NCBI GenBank assembly: GCA_902779865.1
Contig: CACZDG010000003.1
Coordinates: forward strand, 3,200 to 67,199
DNA length: 64,000 nucleotides
Direction of reading: 5' to 3'
Origin: an uncultured bacterium
Lineage (GTDB): Bacteria; Verrucomicrobiota; Kiritimatiellia; RFP12; UBA1067
The notes below the pieces were generated by a model. It made no database searches and was not told the origin of the DNA. It worked only from the letters and a program-made list of their open reading frames with translations. The position numbers and the translations under genes were made by a program. Shown here piece after piece: positions 53,120 through 59,425 of the stretch (positions are counted from its first letter, which is position 1; every line of letters begins with the position of its first letter).

Positions 53120-54704
53120 CCCTGTCCGTCCCCTCCTCCATCATCCTGACGCGGCGCGCGCGCATCGTCGCGTAGTCCACGGCGATGCGCCCCGCGAGCA
53201 GGTTCCGCGCCCACCCCGCCGGGGCCATGCCGTACGCCCACGCCGCCTTCCGCGCCTTCACGGCGTGGTACGCCGAGAGCCTTACGCCCCCGACGTCCAC
53301 GCCGTCAGGCCACTTCCGGCAGAGCGCCTCCACCTCGCGCCAGTCGCCGTCCGTGAACGGAACGGCGTCCAGCGCGGCGATCAGGCGCTCCTCGTCCGTC
53401 GGAGGGCGGCGGCTCACCGCGCGCCCCCCCTTCCCCGACACGCTGGCATGCCAGGCACGGAGCGCGCGCCGCGTCTCCCGCAGCCGCTCGTGCGCCTTGC
53501 ACCCGCGCAGGATCCCGCCAACGAGCCGCAGCGGCGTGACGTTCGCCGTCCCGGCCGCCCGCGCCACGCGGTAGCGCATCACGCGGTCCATCCGCACCCC
53601 GCACACGGACGCGAACTCCGGCGAGCCGTCCTTCGACTCCTCCGCGATCTTCGCGTAGTCGTCGCCGCAGAGCGCGGAGGGCGGCAGCGAGGCGTTCACC
53701 GCCTCCCACCCCACGCGGTCCATCTCGCCCTCGATCACGCGCACCGCCTCGCGCACGGCCTGCACCGGCGCCGCGTCGGCGGGCGCGGGCAGGGCGGCCG
53801 GGGCGCCCTGCGTCCCCTGCGCCCCGGCGAGCGCGTGGAACACGAGGTCCGCCGTCGCCGCCTCCTCGCCCTTGCGGTACTCCACGAACGCCTCCGCGCC
53901 CGTCACGCAGTCGCGCCGCACCATGAACACGGCCCCCGTCCCCAGCAGGACCGCCCGCCGCGCCTCGTCCGAGCCGACGCACATCAGCCCGAAGGCGTGG
54001 AGCGGGTGCCACACGCCGGGGAACGACGGCATCGGCGCGATCACGCACGGAAGCCGCCCAGCCGTCCCCAGGAGCCGCGCCGTCGCGATGTCCGCCCCGA
54101 CGGGACGGAGCCACGCCTCCGCCACCGAGCGCTCCACGAACGCGGCCACCCCGCCGAGGTCGTCGCGCCCGAGGACGCGCCGGAGGTTCGACTCCAGGGC
54201 GCGGCGCACCGCCTCCGCGTCCGCCTCCTCGTAGGGGAGGATGTGCGGCGCGGACTTCAGCACATACCCGCGCAGAAGCCGCTCCTTCAGCGTCCTCGTC
54301 GCCCACTGACGGAACTGGACGCCGCGCCGCGAGTTCACCCGGTAGCCGACCGAGATTATCGCGTCGAGGTTGTAGCACCGCACCGTCCGCGTCACCGTGC
54401 GTTTCCCCTCGATGTCAACTATTTGAAATTCTTGAATAGTTGATTTTCTGTCTAGTTCACCATCATCGAATATGTTCTTGAGGTGTGTGTTGATATTCGG
54501 CGTGTTGCACCCAAACAGCACTGCCATTTGCTTTTGCGTGAGCCAGACGGTCTCGCCGTCCATCCGCACATTTATCTTCGCGGCGTCCGTCGGCTGATAG
54601 ACGACGACCTCGCCGTTGCTGTTCCCGTCGAGCACGGCGGCGGAGCCGTCGCCCGTATTCTGCGCGTTTGTATAGCGGGCGCGCGCCGCGTTTTTCTTGC
54701 TCAT
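53100..54704 (-). CDS. RhuM-family N-terminal domain fused to ~380-aa unknown Ala/Arg-rich domain
   Basis: TVWLTQKQMAVLFG...HLKNIFDDGEL...YNLDAIISVGYRVNSRRGVQFRQWATRTLKERLLRGY is the RhuM core. The C-terminal frame is confirmed by near-uniform G/C third positions. Confidence 0.75.
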   Translation of the reverse strand: MSKKNAARARYTNAQNTGDGSAAVLDGNSNGEVVVYQPTDAAKINVRMDGETVWLTQKQMAVLFGCNTPNINTHLKNIFDDGELDRKSTIQEFQIVDIEGKRTVTRTVRCYNLDAIISVGYRVNSRRGVQFRQWATRTLKERLLRGYVLKSAPHILPYEEADAEAVRRALESNLRRVLGRDDLGGVAAFVERSVAEAWLRPVGADIATARLLGTAGRLPCVIAPMPSFPGVWHPLHAFGLMCVGSDEARRAVLLGTGAVFMVRRDCVTGAEAFVEYRKGEEAATADLVFHALAGAQGTQGAPAALPAPADAAPVQAVREAVRVIEGEMDRVGWEAVNASLPPSALCGDDYAKIAEESKDGSPEFASVCGVRMDRVMRYRVARAAGTANVTPLRLVGGILRGCKAHERLRETRRALRAWHASVSGKGGRAVSRRPPTDEERLIAALDAVPFTDGDWREVEALCRKWPDGVDVGGVRLSAYHAVKARKAAWAYGMAPAGWARNLLAGRIAVDYATMRARRVRMMEEGTDRATCPSP

Positions 54705-54873
54705 GGTATCTCAACTCCATTCGCAGTTTAGACAAAAGCCCCGCCGAATGTGGTTGAGATACGCGCCAACGGTTGACGCGGGCCGACATCCGGCAGGGCA
54801 ACGGTTGAATTGCCGTTAGTTCCGTGCGAGGAACAGGTATCTCAACTCCTATTATTCCTCGGAACGACACAAA

Positions 54874-54902
54874 GTATATCACACCTCGCCCCGCCGCGCA
54901 AG
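54874..54902 (-). promoter_or_regulatory. promoter TTGCGC-17-TGaTATACT for the RhuM-fusion gene
   Basis: -10 at 54874-54879, -35 at 54897-54902 (reverse-complement coordinates). Tandem TTGGTGCGC repeats lie just upstream. Confidence 0.5.
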
Positions 54903-54949
54903 AGGGAATTTTCACGTTTTTGCGCTTGGTGCGCTTGGTGCGCCCCGCG

Positions 54950-55546
54950 CTACGACGCAGACGGTTTTCTTCCGTTGCAGTTCTTCTTCGCGGCGATAGA
55001 TTGCTTGGCGCGTGCGACAAAATCGGCTATCTCCGTGTTGTTGTCGGCGACATTGCTTTTGTCGCACAACTTGCCGAACCAAGCACGAAATGCGGCGTAC
55101 TTTATACACCCTTTCAGGCGCACGATGGCGCAGATATAGCAAAGAAACGGCCATCCGGCTGCAATCAGCACCGGAAGAAAGAGCAGGGGCGACCATTTGG
55201 CCACTGCGGGACAATCAACCCACCCGGACCAGAGCAGGAACACGCCGACCAAGGCAAACACGACGTCAAGCACTCGCCAGAACAGACCCGGTGAGTTCTC
55301 TCCCTTTTCCTGGCGGCGCTTGATTGCGACAGCTCTCTTCCCTATTCGCCGTATGTCGTCGTCCTTGATGTATGAGCGCAGTTCTTCGCTGAAGTTGTTT
55401 GCGATGATCTTGTCCGGATCGACCTCGATTCCGCTGAAGAACCGGCTCATGATGGCAGGCGCGACAGGCAGCAGAAGGTTTGCGCCTATCGAGACGCAAA
55501 CCACATCTGAAGCATGGGCAACGAAGTTGAACGCGGGAAGGCTCAT
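54950..55546 (-). CDS. 198-aa membrane protein (soluble N-domain, 2 TM helices, basic tail)
   Basis: GGAGG RBS. TM helices FWRVLDVVFALVGVFLLWSGWV and LLFLPVLIAAGWPFLCYICAIV. Lower GC3 than the surroundings. Confidence 0.7.
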   Translation of the reverse strand: MSLPAFNFVAHASDVVCVSIGANLLLPVAPAIMSRFFSGIEVDPDKIIANNFSEELRSYIKDDDIRRIGKRAVAIKRRQEKGENSPGLFWRVLDVVFALVGVFLLWSGWVDCPAVAKWSPLLFLPVLIAAGWPFLCYICAIVRLKGCIKYAAFRAWFGKLCDKSNVADNNTEIADFVARAKQSIAAKKNCNGRKPSAS

Positions 55547-55563
55547 CCTGTCTCAACGGCCTC

Positions 55564-56088
55564 CTATGCGACCTTCAGCATTGCCTGCGCAAGTTCGCGC
55601 AGCAGCCTGGCCGTGTCGGGGGCGTTCACGCAGGCGATTGCCTTCTTGTCGCCGTCATCCCTCTCGAAGCGGTACATCTTGTCGTCGAACACGGCGAAGT
55701 GCGAACCGAGCTGCGCGAACTCGCGCGACGTATGGATCGTGTCGGCCCCGTGCTCGCGAAGGGCGGCGGCCACGACAGAGTCCGGCGGAACGTCTTCGGG
55801 ATGCTGCACGATGAAGCGCACGTCCACTCCGCGCGAGATCGCCGCGCGCACGGCGTCGGCAAGGCCCTTGCCCCCCCATACGGTGTTGGAGATGCGGCCG
55901 CAGTAGACATAGGCGGACTTGTTCGCGTGCGCGAACATTTCTTCGAGCAGAATTCTCGCGTGCGCGGGGCTGCTGTTCTCAATGAGGTTCGGCGAATCAA
56001 TGGCAATGAAACGCCGCACCATATACCGGAACGGATCCATGTCGCTATGGATTTCGTCGCTCATCGTTTGCTCCTCTAGTTTCTCCAT
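55564..56088 (-). CDS. hypothetical cytoplasmic protein, possible degenerate PLD/Nuc-fold (start 56088 leaderless, or 56064)
   Basis: ...AHARILLEEMFAHANKSAYVYCGRIS...AISRGVDVRFIV...GSHFAVFDDKMY. The family assignment is weak. Confidence 0.7.
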   Translation of the reverse strand: MEKLEEQTMSDEIHSDMDPFRYMVRRFIAIDSPNLIENSSPAHARILLEEMFAHANKSAYVYCGRISNTVWGGKGLADAVRAAISRGVDVRFIVQHPEDVPPDSVVAAALREHGADTIHTSREFAQLGSHFAVFDDKMYRFERDDGDKKAIACVNAPDTARLLRELAQAMLKVA

Positions 56089-56095
56089 GGCGTCT

Positions 56096-56125
56096 ATTGT
56101 ACCACGACGCCGCCCCCGGGGTCAA
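56096..56125 (-). promoter_or_regulatory. promoter TTGACC-18-TGgTACAAT, 7 nt from the ATG at 56088
   Basis: -10 at 56096-56101, TGG at 56102-56104, -35 at 56120-56125. An ACCGAAAAA/TTTTTCGGT palindrome at 56130-56150 lies just upstream. Confidence 0.55.
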
Positions 56126-56457
56126 GCGCACCGAAAAAGTTTTTTTCGGTCGCCAACCCGTTCAAATCCACCGTCTTGAAATTCAACGTTTTCAAAAACG
56201 CGCCCGGCCGGCGGCTGTCTGGCCGACCATCTGGACGGCGGTTTTCAAGGTGATTCAATCCGCACACGTTGAACGCGAAGAGCCTGTCTGTACAAGGCCG
56301 AGAAGCGATTCTTCAACACACATATATATGTTTTCGTTCCCTCGCGCGTACGCGCGCGTAGTAGTATTTACCCAAATATACTTTAAGTATATTTGGGAAA
56401 TGCTACGTGTTCTTCTTGGTTTTTTATATACGCGCGCGCGAGGTTGAAAACGGGCGT

Positions 56458-57615
56458 TCACCCCATTTTCAGCATGGCTGGCGTCGCCGCCTTTATGATC
56501 TCGTCCTCGGCCGCCTCGAAGGAGTAGCGGTCGGTGATGCGCAGGCCAAGCGTGTGCCCGAGAACCGCGCTTGCGGCGTCGATGCCGAAGCGGCGGCGTA
56601 TCTCCGTGGCGCACGTGTGGCGCAGCTGGTTCGGGTGCCAGTGCGGCACGTCCGCGCGCTCTGCGGCGCGGGAGATCGCTCGCTGGTACGCCTCGACCTT
56701 CCACTTCTCGCCCACGCTGCGCCCGACGGTCTGCCTGGGCGAGAACACGTAGCCGTCGCCCTCGTACTTCGCGAGTATGGCCTGCGCCTTCGGCCCGAAC
56801 ACGATCACGCGCGGCTTGTTGCGGTGCTTGTTCTTGTGGTTCCCCGGCCTGTACGCCCAGATCTTGCCGCGCCTCTCGACGAGCGGCCACGCGAGCTGGC
56901 ACATCTCGTCCGGCCTCGCGCCGCACAGCCGCTGGACGCGCACCATGTCGGCGAGCGGCTCGGCCAGCTCCGCGCACGTCTTCTTCACGTCCGCGTCCGG
57001 CACGGCGGCCACGGGGCTGCACTCCTTCACGTTGCCGCGTCCGCGCTTCAGCTGCGAGATCGCGGTGGCCTCCGCCTTCACCTGCGCGGAGATTATGCGC
57101 TCGTCGAGGGCCCACGCGAACATGCGCTTGACGAAACCGAGGTACTTGTTCACGGTGGTGCGCACGTACCCCTTCGCGGCGAGCGCGTTGCGGTACTCTA
57201 TCATGTCGGGGTGCGTCATTGTCTCGACGGGGCGCGTCCCGAACATTTCGCGGAAGAGCCTCATGCCGCGAACGCTGTCGGCGGCCTCCTTCGACCCGCC
57301 GGAGTAGTACGTCTCCGCGTGTGCGGCCCACTTGTCGATCACGTCGTTCACGGTGAACGCGGGCGCGTCGATTCCCGCGTCCGCCTGCCTTGTCATGTTC
57401 TCCCACAGACGCCACGCCGCGCTCTCGGCAATCGACCTGGTGCTTGCACTTGCGGGTATTCTCTCGCCGGTGTACGGCATTGTGAGGACGTGGTCTTTTC
57501 TTGTTTTTTCGCCAGGATTCGCGACTCGCCAGTGCCACGCGCCGTGGGACTCCCACAGCGTGCCGGGCAGGGCGGCCCGCCTTCTCGTGTCAGCGTTTTT
57601 GTCAGCACCTGTCAT
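56458..57615 (-). CDS. int: tyrosine recombinase / phage integrase
   Basis: C-terminal HPNQLRHTCAT...VLGHT...RY catalytic motifs. Start set at MTGADKN (GGAGA RBS). Adjacent to the att repeat and tRNA. Confidence 0.85.
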   Translation of the reverse strand: MTGADKNADTRRRAALPGTLWESHGAWHWRVANPGEKTRKDHVLTMPYTGERIPASASTRSIAESAAWRLWENMTRQADAGIDAPAFTVNDVIDKWAAHAETYYSGGSKEAADSVRGMRLFREMFGTRPVETMTHPDMIEYRNALAAKGYVRTTVNKYLGFVKRMFAWALDERIISAQVKAEATAISQLKRGRGNVKECSPVAAVPDADVKKTCAELAEPLADMVRVQRLCGARPDEMCQLAWPLVERRGKIWAYRPGNHKNKHRNKPRVIVFGPKAQAILAKYEGDGYVFSPRQTVGRSVGEKWKVEAYQRAISRAAERADVPHWHPNQLRHTCATEIRRRFGIDAASAVLGHTLGLRITDRYSFEAAEDEIIKAATPAMLKMG

Positions 57616-57676
57616 TTCATGTGTCTCCGTTTCATGCCCTAAGTGCGTTTCGCCCAATGTTTGCAAGGGTTTTCGA

Positions 57677-57723
57677 TGGAGCCGGCAGAGGGATTCGAAC
57701 CCCCGACCAGCGGTTTACAAAAC
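57677..57723. repeat. att repeat, right copy (forms the 3' part of the intact tRNA-Thr)
   Basis: Identical to 8340-8386. Confidence 0.95.
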
Positions 57724-57751
57724 CGCTGCGCTACCACTACGCTATACCGGC
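57677..57751 (-). tRNA. tRNA-Thr (anticodon UGU), 75 nt with encoded CCA
   Basis: Hand-folded. Acceptor GCCGGTA/TGCCGGC, D arm GCGT-AGTGGTA-GCGC, anticodon arm GCGGT-TTTGTAA-ACCGC, T arm GGGGG-TTCGAAT-CCCTC, discriminator T, then CCA. Confidence 0.9.
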
Positions 57752-57775
57752 CGCTTATTCGGGAAAGCGCCTATC

Positions 57776-57804
57776 ATTATACAATAATGCGGCGACAAAG
57801 GCAA
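57776..57804 (-). promoter_or_regulatory. tRNA-Thr promoter TTGCCT-17-TGtTATAAT
   Basis: -10 at 57776-57781, -35 at 57799-57804. About 18-nt leader to the tRNA 5' end. Confidence 0.6.
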
Positions 57805-57814
57805 TACCACAATC

Positions 57815-59425
57815 TTACGATTCGTAAATTACGCGGTAGCCGATTTTCTTCGCAAGCGCCTCGACGTCCTTCTTGAAGTCACCGAGGAACGTGACGCGGT
57901 GCCAGCCCCAGAGGTCCCAGAGCCTGTAAGACCGCTCGAAGTCGCCTGTCACCTCCACCACCATCTTCGTGCGGCAGGCGCGGTCGTCGGGGTCGTTCGA
58001 GAACGTGCGCCCCGTCTGCACGAGCACGCAGCCCGTGCCGCCGTTGCCCGTGAAATGGAACTGCACGGTCGTGACCGGGTAGTTCAGCGGCGCGATGGAG
58101 CGTACGGACGCGCCCATGCGGTCCTCGGAGTGCGTCTCGATCTCGTAGGGCGAGGTCTCGCCTTCTACACCGAGGAACTTGCGCGTGGCGACGCAGTGCG
58201 CGAAAATCATCGCGCGGCGCGAGGAGTCCACCGCTGGGTCGGAGATGTAGCCCATGCGTCCCTTCGTCATCGTGTGGAACACGACCATCGCCACGGTGGA
58301 ACGGATGTCGTTCTCGCACGTGCCGAAGAGTCCAAGGTCCTGAAGCTCCATGAAGCCGAGGCACGGGTAGGCGTGGAGTTTGCCGGTGTAGCAGCCGCCG
58401 AGGCAGTTGACGGAGATCGCCACCGCGCCGTGAGCCTTCAGGACTTCCTTCATGCCGTAGAACTGCTTCGCGCAGCCGAACAGCGTCTCGTCCGAGACGT
58501 CCACGATCTTCCGCGCCGTGCGCTTCCACTCGGCGACCTTCTCACGCGCAAGCGCGTCAGGCACCTTCTCCCACGCCGCGTTCAGCTCCTCGAACTTGAC
58601 ATCCTCGACGATGATGCCAAAGTCCTTGAGAATCTTGTCCTTGATCTTCTTGTTGTAGCCCTCGACAGAGAGGAGCTTCTTGCCCTTCACGGCGGCGAGC
58701 GTCTCTTCGGGGGAGAGGCATTCAAGCGGTCCCTCGCAGGGCGTGATACCGGTCTCGGGCGGCGTGTGGGCAAGACGGTATTCAGTCGCAGCCTTCACGA
58801 AGTCTTCGCCCGTGCCGTTCTTCAGCGTCTCGAACGCGCGTGCCGCGCCGATCGTGTCGTTGAAGTCGAGCGAACTCATGAACGCGTAGTTCTTCTGTCC
58901 CTTGCGGATCATCGCGGCGTTCTGCACGTCCCATCCGCCAATGCCAGAGTACGGGAAACTGCAGAAGAGCGTGGGTTTACCAGCCTTGACGATGCCGCCA
59001 AGCGCGTTCGGCCACGAGTTCATCTGGATCACGAGGTACCCCTTGACGTCGCCGGTCTTCGCATCCTCTGCGAGAATCGCCGCGGCGCCCTTCGCGTCGA
59101 ACGCCATTGCGGGTACGAACTTCACGCCCTTCACACCCGCGTTGAGCGCATCCGTGACGTTCTTCATCACGGGACGGAAGTCGAAACCTGCGTTGGGCCA
59201 CGTCTTCTTCACCTGCACGTCGTCCCAGATCGAGAAAACAAGGCGCACCTTCACGGCACCCGTCTTGTCTGGGATCGCGTCCGCCGGCGTAGGCGCGGGG
59301 AGCGCGGCGAAGAATTCCTTGAGTTCGGTTCGCGTGGCGCATCCAGCGGCGGCGCTGGCGGCGAGGAGTCCGTAGATGAAATCCCTGCGGCCGCATCCGG
59401 CGCAAGCCGATGAAATATCGTTCAT
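57815..59425 (-). CDS. Tat/lipoprotein-signal protein, possibly sugar-isomerase-like (FucI/AraA-like; weak)
   Basis: N-terminal CGRRDFIYGLLAASAAAGC. The C-terminus ...GWHRVTFLGDFKKDVEALAKKIGYRV resembles isomerase C-terminal domains. Confidence 0.7.
   Translation of the reverse strand: MNDISSACAGCGRRDFIYGLLAASAAAGCATRTELKEFFAALPAPTPADAIPDKTGAVKVRLVFSIWDDVQVKKTWPNAGFDFRPVMKNVTDALNAGVKGVKFVPAMAFDAKGAAAILAEDAKTGDVKGYLVIQMNSWPNALGGIVKAGKPTLFCSFPYSGIGGWDVQNAAMIRKGQKNYAFMSSLDFNDTIGAARAFETLKNGTGEDFVKAATEYRLAHTPPETGITPCEGPLECLSPEETLAAVKGKKLLSVEGYNKKIKDKILKDFGIIVEDVKFEELNAAWEKVPDALAREKVAEWKRTARKIVDVSDETLFGCAKQFYGMKEVLKAHGAVAISVNCLGGCYTGKLHAYPCLGFMELQDLGLFGTCENDIRSTVAMVVFHTMTKGRMGYISDPAVDSSRRAMIFAHCVATRKFLGVEGETSPYEIETHSEDRMGASVRSIAPLNYPVTTVQFHFTGNGGTGCVLVQTGRTFSNDPDDRACRTKMVVEVTGDFERSYRLWDLWGWHRVTFLGDFKKDVEALAKKIGYRVIYES

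Larger units (their letters stand above)
8340..57723. mobile_element. complete ~49.3-kb temperate prophage (podovirus-like gene set) integrated in tRNA-Thr
   Basis: Perfect 47-bp direct repeat at both ends, a tyrosine integrase adjacent to the intact tRNA, and full replication, packaging, head and tail modules between the repeats. Confidence 0.9.

Noticed and set aside
56097-56447. 116-aa plus-strand ORF in the int/accessory-cassette intergenic region
   Set aside because: It has poor third-position bias and no RBS, and it runs through the palindromes and the cassette promoter. I judged the region non-coding.
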